From Bacteroidales bacterium UBA1402 (GTDB lineage: Bacteria; Bacteroidota; Bacteroidia; Bacteroidales; UBA1402): DNA of 64,000 nucleotides. Below, one piece after another: positions 29,782 through 38,761 of the stretch. The notes under the pieces were generated by a model. That model was not told the DNA's origin. It searched no databases and saw only the letters and a program-made list of their open reading frames with translations. Position 1 is the first letter of the stretch; each line of letters begins with the position of its first letter. Position numbers and translations under genes: made by a program. The DNA is taken from the NCBI GenBank assembly GCA_002305085.1, contig DBQE01000009.1:20835-84834 (forward strand), in the 5' to 3' direction.

Positions 29782-31004
29782 AAAGAGTTGTAATTACCGG
29801 CATGGGAGCCATCTCTCCTGTCGGAAACGATATCCCCACATTTTGGAATAATCTTAAAAACGGAGTCTGCGGAATCGATACTATCCGCAGTTTTTCCACC
29901 GATGATCTGCCGGTAAAGATAGCGGCAGAAGTCAAGGATTTTAAACCGGACTCCTATGGAATAGACGCTGCCACAGCCCGTAAAAACGACCGGTATGCCC
30001 TATTTGCACTAGCCGCCTCCAATCAGGCCATGAAAGACAGCGGTCTTCAAATTGAGCCGGAGCGTCTGGGTGTGTACATAGGATCAGGAATCGGCGGAAT
30101 GAATACCTTTATTGCAGAAACCACCAAAATGATACAAAAAGGCCCGCAATGGATCTCACCGCTTTTTGTGCCAATGATGATATCCAATATTGCCTCGGGC
30201 AATGTCGCCATTGAGCACAACGCACAAGGAGTCTGCCTTCCTATTGTTACAGCCTGTGCCACAGGCACTCACTCCATAGGCGAGGCCTTCAAGGCAATCA
30301 AACACGGCTACGCCGATGCCATCATTACCGGGGGAGCCGAAGCTGCAGTAGTCCCATTGGCTATCGGAGGTTTTGCCAACAGCAGAGCCCTTTCACGCTC
30401 CGAAGACCCCATGCAAGCCTCTCTGCCTTTTGATAAGAGAAGGCAAGGTTTTGTAATCGCCGAAGGTGCCGGCATTCTTGTACTTGAGGAATACGAACAT
30501 GCCCGTGCCAGAGGAGCTAAAATGTACGCTGAAGTGTGCGGTTACGGCAATACCTGCGATGCTTACCACTATACTGCACCCAGACCCGACGGTTCCTCAG
30601 CAGCAAGAGCCATTCGGTTTGCTCTGACTGAAGCCGGTTTTAAAACAGGAGAATTGCTGCACATTAACTCCCACGGAACCGGAACCCCTTTGAACGACAA
30701 ATCGGAAACAGCTGCTATTAAAATAGCTTTGGGCGAAAAGGCCGCCTACAAAGCCATCATCAATTCGACCAAATCCATGACTGGCCATATGTTGGGAGCC
30801 GCCGGAGGAATAGAGCTGATTGCCACAGCTCTGGCTCTGAAAGAGGGTATAATTCCTCCAACAGTACATCTGGATGAACCCGATCCCGAATGCGATCTGG
30901 ATTATACCCCCAATCAGGCTAGAAAAGCCGATATTTCAATTGCTGTTTCCACCTCCCTGGGTTTTGGAGGACACAACGGTTGTATTGCACTTAGAAAAAT
31001 ATAG
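29778..31004 (+). CDS. fabF: 3-oxoacyl-ACP synthase II
   Basis: MKRVVITGMG start, whose ATG overlaps the fabK TGA (ATGA at 29778-29781). Active-site contexts ACATGTHSIG, SHGTGTPLND and GHMLGAAG. Confidence 0.95.
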   Translation: MKRVVITGMGAISPVGNDIPTFWNNLKNGVCGIDTIRSFSTDDLPVKIAAEVKDFKPDSYGIDAATARKNDRYALFALAASNQAMKDSGLQIEPERLGVYIGSGIGGMNTFIAETTKMIQKGPQWISPLFVPMMISNIASGNVAIEHNAQGVCLPIVTACATGTHSIGEAFKAIKHGYADAIITGGAEAAVVPLAIGGFANSRALSRSEDPMQASLPFDKRRQGFVIAEGAGILVLEEYEHARARGAKMYAEVCGYGNTCDAYHYTAPRPDGSSAARAIRFALTEAGFKTGELLHINSHGTGTPLNDKSETAAIKIALGEKAAYKAIINSTKSMTGHMLGAAGGIELIATALALKEGIIPPTVHLDEPDPECDLDYTPNQARKADISIAVSTSLGFGGHNGCIALRKI

Positions 31005-31007
31005 AAC

Positions 31008-31445
31008 ATGAAAAGAGAGGAAATTAAAACGTACATCCCGCACAGGGAACCCATGTTGTTGGTCGATGAAATCAACATCGACGAAAATCACGTTGCACAC
31101 GCCACCTACAAGGTCAGAGGCGATGAATTCTTTTTACAGGGACATTTCCCGGATTTCCCGGTAGTGCCCGGTGTAATCCTGTGCGAAATCATGGCTCAGT
31201 CTTGTTCTCTTCTGGTTGGTGATTTTTTGAAAGGCAAAACCCCTTTCTATGCAGGCATAGATAAAGCCCGCTTCAAATCTTCCGTTTATCCGGGTGATTT
31301 GATAGAAATTACCGCCAAAATTGTGAATCGCCGATCTATGGTCTTTTTTATTGAGGCCGTGGCCAAAGTAAAGGAAAAAATCTGTGTACAGGCCAATTTG
31401 TCCTTTGCCTTGGTCGACAATGCCGATTTGGAACAAAGGAAATAA
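31008..31445 (+). CDS. fabZ: 3-hydroxyacyl-ACP dehydratase (stand-alone)
   Basis: 145 aa. HFPDFPVVPGVILCEIMAQ hot-dog active-site motif. 3-nt gap after fabF. Confidence 0.9.
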   Translation: MKREEIKTYIPHREPMLLVDEINIDENHVAHATYKVRGDEFFLQGHFPDFPVVPGVILCEIMAQSCSLLVGDFLKGKTPFYAGIDKARFKSSVYPGDLIEITAKIVNRRSMVFFIEAVAKVKEKICVQANLSFALVDNADLEQRK

Positions 31446-31507
31446 ATCCTGCCTTGGTGATTTTATCTGTACGCCGATAGAAGTGCAAGGATAATGTTAA
31501 GTACGAC

Positions 31508-31531
31508 CGAAACAAGATTTATCTTGTTTCG
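31508..31531 (+). terminator. Hairpin downstream of fabZ (possible terminator)
   Basis: Perfect 9-bp stem cgaaacaag/cttgtttcg with loop atttat, 62 nt after the fabZ stop. No clear U-tract. Confidence 0.35.
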
Positions 31532-31558
31532 CCAAACGTAATTGTCTTTCCAAACGTA
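31532..31558 (+). repeat. Direct repeat CCAAACGTA x2 upstream of the dedA promoter
   Basis: Identical 9-mers at 31532-31540 and 31550-31558 with 18-bp spacing, 38-64 nt upstream of the -7 box. Confidence 0.4.
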
Positions 31559-31595
31559 GTCCTAAAAACAAAAATTCCCATTAGAAAAATAGCAT

Positions 31596-31603
31596 TATCT
31601 TTG
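31596..31603 (+). promoter_or_regulatory. -7 box TATCTTTG
   Basis: 28 nt upstream of the DedA ATG (31632). Confidence 0.5.
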
Positions 31604-31631
31604 CGGTTTTATTTCTCTCTTGCCCCTGCTT

Positions 31632-32270
31632 ATGGAATCCGTCGGCTTTATTCAATGGTGTCTCGATAACTTGAACTATTGGACCATCACCCTTTTGATG
31701 ACGATCGAAAGTTCATTTATACCCTTTCCCTCAGAAGTAGTGGTACCCCCTGCTGCCTATAAAGCCGCCGCCGGGGAACTCAATATTTTCCTGGTCGTAT
31801 TGTTCTCTACTATAGGGGCTTGCCTGGGAGCCGTCATCAATTATTGTCTGGCTCTATGGATAGGCCGCCCGCTGGTGTACAAGTTTGCTGCAAGCCGACT
31901 GGGGCATTTGCTTCTGTTGAGTGAAGCTAAAATCGAAAATGCCGAAAAGTATTTTGTGAAACACGGAATAATCTCAACCCTGATCGGACGCCTGATTCCC
32001 GCCGTAAGACAGCTAATTTCCATCCCCGCCGGCCTGGCAAAAATGAGGTTCGGCATCTTTCTGCTCTTTACCGCCCTTGGGGCAGGTCTCTGGAATGTTA
32101 TTCTTGCCGTAATCGGCTACTCACTCCACGCTGTCGTCCCCAAAGATCAGCTGATGGAAAAGGTGTACGAATACAGCCACGAGATCGGCTATGTTTTTAT
32201 CGGGCTGGGAGTACTGCTGGTTGGTTTCCTTGTTTACAAGTCACAACAAGGCCGGAAAGCCTCCAAATAA
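31632..32270 (+). CDS. DedA/SNARE-associated family membrane protein
   Basis: ATG at 31632; the track start 31620 is TTG. Typical DedA features: ESSFIPFPSEVVVPPA, a GR..P loop (IGRLIPAVRQLISIPAG) and several TMs. Confidence 0.85.
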   Translation: MESVGFIQWCLDNLNYWTITLLMTIESSFIPFPSEVVVPPAAYKAAAGELNIFLVVLFSTIGACLGAVINYCLALWIGRPLVYKFAASRLGHLLLLSEAKIENAEKYFVKHGIISTLIGRLIPAVRQLISIPAGLAKMRFGIFLLFTALGAGLWNVILAVIGYSLHAVVPKDQLMEKVYEYSHEIGYVFIGLGVLLVGFLVYKSQQGRKASK

Positions 32271-33958
32271 GCTTCTTCCTTAACATCCAAACCCCTGATA
32301 TAGGTTTCGTGCCTGCTGATTTCCGATTCGGCGTATTGCACATACACTTTGGCCGATGAGCGCAGGCTTTCTGCCGTTGCGGCATCTTTCAGGAGCAACT
32401 CCGACATGATGATGTGTCCTGCCATTTCCACCAACCTACGGGCACAGAAGTCCAGAAAACTGTCCTGTTGGACTCCTGTAACGTAAGCGACCATTTCCTC
32501 ATATTTAGCGGTCATTGCCAGCAAGCGCTGACGCAATTCGCTAAATTCGGGAAACACTTCCTCCTGTTGATAAGCTTTAATCTTCTCCAAATAGGCGCCG
32601 GTTGTCACGTAACGTATGGCAGCAATCACCTGCAACTGAGTTGTTCCTTCATAAATAGAGGTAATACGGGCATCACGGTACCAACGCTCGCAGGCATAAT
32701 CTTTCATATAACCGGAACCACCGTGAATCTGAACAGCATCGTAAGCATTCTGGTTAGCAAATTCACTACCCATCCCCTTAGCCAGAGGGGTATATGCGTC
32801 AGCCCAACGGGAATAGGTTTTCATCTCGGTTCTTTCTTCGGGACTCAAGTTGCGCTCCCTTGCAATATCTTCAAGACATTTGTAAATATCCACAAAACGC
32901 GAAGTTTCGTACAGAAGACTGCGTGTAGCATCCAATTTGCCCTTCATCAATGCCAGCATTTCATAAACCGGCGGGAATTCAATGATGGCTTTGCCGAATT
33001 GCTTGCGTGAAAGGGCATAAGAGAGAGCTCCCCGGTAAGTGGCCTCACAAAGCCCCACCGATTGAGCGGCAATTCCAAGCCTGGCTCCGTTCATCAGAGC
33101 CATTACATATTTGATCAGCCCCAGTCTGCGGCTACCGCAGAGCTCTGCTTTAGCGTCTTTAAAGACCAATTCACAAGTAGGCGCGCCCTTAATCCCCATC
33201 TTGTTTTCGATGCGACGAACAGTCAAGCCTCCGTTGCGTTTGTCGTAAATAAACATCGACAATCCGCGACCGTCTCTGGTGCCTTCCTCGGAGCGGGCCA
33301 AGACTAGGTGGATATCGGCATCTCCGTTGGTGATAAAACGCTTCACGCCGTTCAATCGCCAGGTGTTATCGCTTTCGTCCAGGGTGGCTTTCAGCATCAC
33401 CGCCTGCAGATCGGAGCCGGCGTCGGGCTCAGTAAGGTCCATCGACATGGTTTCTCCTGCACAAACTCGTCCCAGATAGGCCTGTCTTTGTTCTTCGGTT
33501 CCAAATTCGTACAAGGTTTCGGCACATTCCTGCAAACCCCAAATATTTTCAAAAGCGGCATCGGCCCGGCTAATCAGTTCCGCGGCCATGATGAACGGAG
33601 TTACCGGGAAATTGAGCCCACCGTAGCGCCTGGGAACAGCCATGCCCATAAGGCCGGCCTTGGTGGTAGCTTCGAGATTGCGCAAGGTACCCTCTGCGTA
33701 TTCTACCCGGCCGTTTTTGCACACCGGCCCCTCCTGATCGATAACCTCTGCATTCTCTTCCAAAATATCCGCACAAATCTCTCCACAGATTTCCAGCACT
33801 TTTTCGTAGCTGTCCATACAATCTTCCGCATCCAGGGGAGCATAGTCATAAGCAGCGGCATCGCTGAAATTACGTTCTTTTAGTTCCATTATCCGTTGCA
33901 TCAACGGATGCTGCAAATAATGCTTAAGTACAGGGTTGTCGGTAAAATAATTGCCCAT
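32234..33958 (-). CDS. Acyl-CoA dehydrogenase family protein (long, ~570-aa type)
   Basis: 574 aa. An ACAD middle beta-domain and C-terminal helical domain (IYEGTTQLQ), plus an extra C-terminal extension. 2 nt downstream of etfA. Confidence 0.85.
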   Translation of the reverse strand: MGNYFTDNPVLKHYLQHPLMQRIMELKERNFSDAAAYDYAPLDAEDCMDSYEKVLEICGEICADILEENAEVIDQEGPVCKNGRVEYAEGTLRNLEATTKAGLMGMAVPRRYGGLNFPVTPFIMAAELISRADAAFENIWGLQECAETLYEFGTEEQRQAYLGRVCAGETMSMDLTEPDAGSDLQAVMLKATLDESDNTWRLNGVKRFITNGDADIHLVLARSEEGTRDGRGLSMFIYDKRNGGLTVRRIENKMGIKGAPTCELVFKDAKAELCGSRRLGLIKYVMALMNGARLGIAAQSVGLCEATYRGALSYALSRKQFGKAIIEFPPVYEMLALMKGKLDATRSLLYETSRFVDIYKCLEDIARERNLSPEERTEMKTYSRWADAYTPLAKGMGSEFANQNAYDAVQIHGGSGYMKDYACERWYRDARITSIYEGTTQLQVIAAIRYVTTGAYLEKIKAYQQEEVFPEFSELRQRLLAMTAKYEEMVAYVTGVQQDSFLDFCARRLVEMAGHIIMSELLLKDAATAESLRSSAKVYVQYAESEISRHETYIRGLDVKEEAYLEAFRPCCDL

Positions 33959-33960
33959 GG

Positions 33961-34974
33961 CTATTTAGTGTTTTTTTTGTAATACTGAATCATTTTGGGG
34001 ATAACGTCTTCCACTCTGCCCACAACGACGTAATCGGCAATACTGTTTATGGGAGCGGAACGATCGCTGTTGATGGAAATAATAATCGCGCTTTCCTGCA
34101 TCCCGGCCAAATGTTGTATTTGACCGGAGATTCCGCAAGCAATATACAACTTGGGCCTGACCGTCAGGCCGGTTTGTCCGATTTGCCGGTCATGTTCACA
34201 AAAACCGGCATCGACGGCGGCTCTGGAGGCACCCACTTCGGCATTAAGCACCGCGGCCAAATCGTATAAAAGTTGAAAATTTTCTTTTGAACCAACGCCA
34301 TAGCCTCCTGAAACAATAATAGAAGCGCTGTTGAGCTTGTTTTTGCTCTTTTCGATATGACGGTCTATCACTTTAACGACAAAGTCGCTGTCGCTCACAT
34401 AATCTTCTACTTTATGTTTGATGACTTTGCCTCTGTAGCCGGGGTCGAGTATCTCCTTTTTCATAACTCCCTCCCGTACCGTAGCCATTTGAGGACGGCA
34501 TTCCGGATTGACGATGGTAGCAACAATGTTACCTCCGAAGGCCGGACGGATTTGATACAGCAATTCCTCATAGGTTTTATCACGTTCTTTGTGACTTCCG
34601 ATTTCAAGGGCTGTACAATCGGCTGTCAGTCCGCTTCTCAAAGCAGAAGAAACTCTGGGGCCCAGATCGCGGCCAATAACCGTTGCGCCCATCAGACAGA
34701 TCTGAGGTCTTTCTTCCTTAAACAATTTGATTAAGATCGAAGCGTGAGGCAAGGTGGTGTAGGGATACAAGGTCTTGTGATCAAACAAGTGCAAAACATC
34801 AACGCCGTAAGGCAAAACCTGACTGCTAATCTCGTCCAACTCATGTCCAATAACGACTGCTTCAAGTTTACAGCTGAGTTCATCGGCCAATTTCCGGCCT
34901 TTGGTGAGCAATTCCAAACTCACTTCTGCGATTTGTCTCTCTTCAATTTCGCAATAAACAAACAAGTCATTCAT
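33961..34974 (-). CDS. etfA: Electron transfer flavoprotein alpha subunit (FixB family)
   Basis: 337 aa from ATG 34974; the track start 35049 is GTG, too close to the -7 box. MNDLFVYCEIEE... start and C-terminal FAD motif PKLYIACGISGQIQHLAGM. Confidence 0.85.
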   Translation of the reverse strand: MNDLFVYCEIEERQIAEVSLELLTKGRKLADELSCKLEAVVIGHELDEISSQVLPYGVDVLHLFDHKTLYPYTTLPHASILIKLFKEERPQICLMGATVIGRDLGPRVSSALRSGLTADCTALEIGSHKERDKTYEELLYQIRPAFGGNIVATIVNPECRPQMATVREGVMKKEILDPGYRGKVIKHKVEDYVSDSDFVVKVIDRHIEKSKNKLNSASIIVSGGYGVGSKENFQLLYDLAAVLNAEVGASRAAVDAGFCEHDRQIGQTGLTVRPKLYIACGISGQIQHLAGMQESAIIISINSDRSAPINSIADYVVVGRVEDVIPKMIQYYKKNTK

Positions 34975-35057
34975 GCCTAAAAGGGTATAACTAAAACAAT
35001 ACTCTGCCGGAGAAAAACGCCTCTCCGATTCAAGGCATGCAAGATTCACAATTTTTT

Positions 35058-35080
35058 GTCAAATCTACAAGAGATTTGAC
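35058..35080. promoter_or_regulatory. Perfect palindrome GTCAAATCT-N5-AGATTTGAC over the etfA -7 box (candidate operator)
   Basis: 9-bp arms at 35058-35066 and 35072-35080. The left arm contains the minus-strand -7 box (CAAATCTA, 35060-35067). Confidence 0.5.
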
Positions 35081-35180
35081 TATTAATTTTCCGCTTGGCG
35101 ACGGCTGTTTTGATTTTTTATAGAATTTCGGCTTACAGCAAAATCTCCTGACACCGGTCTTTGTAATTGCCGTCTTTGCT

Positions 35181-35188
35181 TATCTTTG
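35181..35188 (+). promoter_or_regulatory. -7 box TATCTTTG
   Basis: 48 nt upstream of ATG 35237. Confidence 0.5.
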
Positions 35189-35236
35189 CACAGAAACAAT
35201 CAACTATTTGGTGCAAGCTTCATTTACGAACACTCC

Positions 35237-37066
35237 ATGAAAGCCTATTACGAGCATATTTCTTCTCCTCCTAAGCACAAAAGCCCATGTATAGGCTTGT
35301 CGGCAAACTTTGACGACAAGCAGGCTTTGCTGGCCAAAGCTTATTTTGAAGCGCTGGCTCTAGCCGGTGGCTCTCCGCTGATTATTCCGCCCTTCAAAGG
35401 CAAAGAACAAGTCGAAAGTCTGCTGGACAGGCTGGATGCCATTATTTTTACCGGCGGAGGTGATTTTGATCCGGCTCTATTGGGAGAAGAACCCCACGAG
35501 GCCTTGGGTAGTTTCAATTCCGTCCGCGATGAATTTGAATTACGGCTCCTTAAATTGGCTTTGGATAAACAACTTCCCATACTCGGCATTTGCAGAGGAA
35601 TACAACTTATCAATTTAGGCATGGGAGGCTCCCTTTATCAGGACATCTACAGTCAGCGTCGCAAACAGTGCATCAACCACAACCAAACCGGCGAACGATC
35701 GGAAACCTCTCATTATGTTGAGCTTATGCCGGACACTTTACTTCGTTCCTTATTCAACAAAGACGAACTGGCTGTAAATTCTTTTCATCACCAGGCTATC
35801 AAAGAATTGGCCGGAGGACTGAAAGTATGCGCCTTAAGCTCAGATGGTATAATCGAAGCTGTGGAATCGGATCAAGGGAAAGCCATTCTGGGCTTGCAAT
35901 GGCATCCCGAATGCCTGGTATCACACAGCAAAGAGCCCATGCTGCCCGTTTTCAACTGGCTGGTTAAAGAAGCAGGGCTGTACAGGAATTGTCGCGATCT
36001 GTGCCAAAGCAACATCACCTTGGATTCACATTGCGACACGGCTCTCTATTTTACCAAAGAACAACACATCGAAGTGGAATTGTATTCCCCCGGTTTTGAT
36101 TTTTATTCCGGTATCAGCGCTAACAACGCCAACGGTGAAGCTCTCTCTTCTATTCCCGAAAACAAAGTGGATTTAAGAAAAATGCAAAACGGAGGGCTCG
36201 ATTGCGCTGTCATGGCCGCCTATATCAAACAGGGAAGCCGCGACAGGCAAGGATTAGAGAAGGCCGGGCAAACTTGCCGGAATATGTTGGAAAGCATTCA
36301 GAAGCAGGTCGCAAACTATCCTCATTTAGCCGGACTCGCCCGAACTGCCGAAGATATCAGGAAACTCAAGTCCCAAGGTAAAAAAGCCATCCTGCTGGCC
36401 ATCGAAAACGCCTACGCTCTGGGGACCAATCTGAACCTGCTCAAGGAATTTGACAAGGCCGGCGTGTGTTACATCACCCTTTGCCACAACGGACACAACG
36501 ACGTATGCGATTCCGCCTCCGACGAAAATAATCCCGAGCACCACGGATTGAGTCCGTTTGGGAAAGAGCTGGTCAAATCCATGTCTGCTATGGGTATCTT
36601 GCCTGATGTCTCGCATGCTTCCGAAAAGACCTTTTACGACGTGCTTGAGTATTGTCCGGCTCCGGTTATCGCTTCTCACTCCTCCGCCAAGGCCTTGTGC
36701 AAGCATCCCCGCAACCTTAGTGACGATCAGATACTCGCTCTTGGCAAGCATAAGGGTTACATAGGCATCTGCCTTTATGAAGGTTTTCTGGCCAAAAACC
36801 GGCGGGCGGGGATCAGGGATGTTATTGCACACATCAACCATATCCGCTCACTGGCCGGTGTTGAAATAATCGGCATAGGCAGCGATTTTGACGGCGGCGG
36901 CGGCATACCCGGTTGCCAAAACGCCGGTGAATTCATCCATTTACTGAGAGCCCTCAAAGCCGAAGGCTATCGTGACGAAGAAATCGCTCTGATAACCGGA
37001 GGTAATTTTATCAGAACTCTGGAACTCGCTCAACTTTATGCTGAAAACCTCAAAAAAGCACCGTAA
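35237..37066 (+). CDS. Fusion protein: peptidase C26 / class-I glutamine amidotransferase (gamma-glutamyl hydrolase-like) + M19 membrane-dipeptidase-like domain
   Basis: ATG at 35237; the track start 35186 is TTG inside the -7 box. N-terminal half: ILGICRGIQLIN and LQWHPE (Cys-His-Glu triad). C-terminal half: LDSHCDT, LAIENAY, DVSHAS, IASHSSA and GIGSDFDGGG (M19-type metal and substrate motifs). No signal peptide. Confidence 0.8.
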   Translation: MKAYYEHISSPPKHKSPCIGLSANFDDKQALLAKAYFEALALAGGSPLIIPPFKGKEQVESLLDRLDAIIFTGGGDFDPALLGEEPHEALGSFNSVRDEFELRLLKLALDKQLPILGICRGIQLINLGMGGSLYQDIYSQRRKQCINHNQTGERSETSHYVELMPDTLLRSLFNKDELAVNSFHHQAIKELAGGLKVCALSSDGIIEAVESDQGKAILGLQWHPECLVSHSKEPMLPVFNWLVKEAGLYRNCRDLCQSNITLDSHCDTALYFTKEQHIEVELYSPGFDFYSGISANNANGEALSSIPENKVDLRKMQNGGLDCAVMAAYIKQGSRDRQGLEKAGQTCRNMLESIQKQVANYPHLAGLARTAEDIRKLKSQGKKAILLAIENAYALGTNLNLLKEFDKAGVCYITLCHNGHNDVCDSASDENNPEHHGLSPFGKELVKSMSAMGILPDVSHASEKTFYDVLEYCPAPVIASHSSAKALCKHPRNLSDDQILALGKHKGYIGICLYEGFLAKNRRAGIRDVIAHINHIRSLAGVEIIGIGSDFDGGGGIPGCQNAGEFIHLLRALKAEGYRDEEIALITGGNFIRTLELAQLYAENLKKAP

Positions 37067-38100
37067 TGCTCCTTGCTCCAAAAACATCCCAACGATTATC
37101 GCTTAAAGAAATCAGTGTCATACTTTCCTTGGCTGCTGTTTTGTTTTTACTCCTTTTGATGACCTCCTGCATGTCGGGACAAAAAAAGAACTCTCCCTCC
37201 GAACAAAACCTTAAGGTGGTGCCTGTTTTTAATGAAGACTCGGCCTATCATTACCTGGCAAGGCAACTTGATTTCGGTCCCCGGGTTCCCAATACGGAAG
37301 GACATAAGGCCTGCGGCGATTACCTGGTAGAAAAAATGCGCTCGCTTGGCGGAATCCTTACCGAACAGCCTATGCAACTGGTGGCCTTCGACGGCAGCGT
37401 CCTAAGAGCCAGAAACATTATTGCATCGTTTGATCCGGAAAAAACGCGAAGAATTTTACTCTTTGCCCACTGGGACACCCGCCCCTGGGCTGACGAAGAT
37501 CCCGACCCGCAAAACCATACGAAGGCCATTCCCGGAGCCAACGACGGGGCCAGCGGAGTGGCTGTCTTGATGGAGATTGCCCGGCATCTGGGGACGACAG
37601 CCCCTGCTTCTTTGGGGGTGGACATTATTTTGTTCGATGCCGAAGATTACGGGCAGCCCTCTTTTTCAGGCAGATCGAGGGTGGAAGATTCCTGGTGCCT
37701 TGGTTCTCAGTACTGGGCAAAAAATCCTCATGTCAGCAATTATTCCGCTGAATTCGGCATTTTGTTGGATATGGTCGGTGCTAAAGAGGCTGTTTTTGCC
37801 AAAGAATATTTTTCTCTGCGTTATGCAGCACCTATTGTCAACAAGGTTTGGAACACGGCCGCAAGGATAGGTTACAGCCCTTATTTTGAAAACTCGGAGG
37901 GTGGCGCCATTACCGACGATCATCTGTACATTAACCGCCTGGCAGGTATCCCGAGCATCAACATCATCGACTACCGCAGCGACACTCCAAATGGATTTTT
38001 CCCTTATTGGCATACCCTGGAAGACAGTCTGGACAAAATTGACAAAAAAACCCTCAAAGCAGCAGGCCAAACCCTGTTGGAATTGATTTATACCGAATAA
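37066..38100 (+). CDS. M28-fold glutaminyl-peptide cyclotransferase-like lipoprotein
   Basis: 344 aa with lipobox [47 protein letters not shown] and a DDH motif. The ATG overlaps the upstream TAA (TAATG at 37064-37068). Confidence 0.75.
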   Translation: MLLAPKTSQRLSLKEISVILSLAAVLFLLLLMTSCMSGQKKNSPSEQNLKVVPVFNEDSAYHYLARQLDFGPRVPNTEGHKACGDYLVEKMRSLGGILTEQPMQLVAFDGSVLRARNIIASFDPEKTRRILLFAHWDTRPWADEDPDPQNHTKAIPGANDGASGVAVLMEIARHLGTTAPASLGVDIILFDAEDYGQPSFSGRSRVEDSWCLGSQYWAKNPHVSNYSAEFGILLDMVGAKEAVFAKEYFSLRYAAPIVNKVWNTAARIGYSPYFENSEGGAITDDHLYINRLAGIPSINIIDYRSDTPNGFFPYWHTLEDSLDKIDKKTLKAAGQTLLELIYTE

Positions 38101-38102
38101 AC

Positions 38103-38759
38103 ATGCTCTTGCCTTTTCTACAGGAAGGACGTATCGAAGCCGGCTGTGACGAAGCCGGCCGGGGTTGTCTGGCCGGGCCGGTCTTTGCGGCTGCAGTTGT
38201 AACGGGAGCCGACTTTGACTGTCCGGAAATCAACGATTCCAAACAACTCAGCTACAAAGAACGCTATCGCCTGAGAGCCGAAATCGAAAAGCGAGCGCTG
38301 GCCTGGGGTATCGGCACTGCCAGCCCCGAAGAAATCGATAAAATCAATATCCTCAACGCAGCTCTCCTGGCTATGCACAGGGCTGTGTTGCATCTACAGC
38401 TTAGTCCCGACTACTTACTCATCGATGGAAATCGCTACCGCAAGCCTTCACAATTACCCATACATAAGATATCCGTAAGTGTCGATGAATTCAGTAAAAT
38501 TGAACATATCCCGGCCGGTTGTTTTGTAAAAGGAGACGGAAGATTTGTATCCATTGCTGCAGCCTCCATACTGGCCAAAACATACAGAGACGATTATATG
38601 CAGCATTTACACAAGCAATACCCTCAATATGCCTGGAACAAAAACCGAGGCTACCCTACCGCAGAACATCGCCGGGCCATTGCAGATTTCGGAATCAGCC
38701 CTTTCCATCGAAAGACATTCAGGCTGTTGCCGTCAGAACAGCAATTAAGTCTATTTTAA
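38103..38759 (+). CDS. rnhB: Ribonuclease HII
   Basis: 218 aa. [14 protein letters not shown] (DEAGRG catalytic motif), DSKQLS and LLIDGN. Confidence 0.9.
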   Translation: MLLPFLQEGRIEAGCDEAGRGCLAGPVFAAAVVTGADFDCPEINDSKQLSYKERYRLRAEIEKRALAWGIGTASPEEIDKINILNAALLAMHRAVLHLQLSPDYLLIDGNRYRKPSQLPIHKISVSVDEFSKIEHIPAGCFVKGDGRFVSIAAASILAKTYRDDYMQHLHKQYPQYAWNKNRGYPTAEHRRAIADFGISPFHRKTFRLLPSEQQLSLF

Positions 38760-38761
38760 GT

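Noticed and set aside
35186-35236. TTG/GTG-initiated 5' extensions of track ORFs (this one, plus 5538, 11518, 20829, 27702, 31620, 35049, 47100, 49250, 49605, 50272, 55181, 60448)
   Set aside because: Each begins at a non-ATG codon, often inside or upstream of a -7 promoter box. Each adds residues that do not match the family N-terminus. An in-frame ATG downstream gives the expected start.
38519-38761. N-terminal 81-codon extension of the MATE ORF (track ORF 38519..40090) overlapping rnhB
   Set aside because: The extension lies wholly inside the well-supported rnhB frame and has no MATE-like sequence. ATG 38762, 2 nt after the rnhB stop, gives a normal MATE N-terminus.
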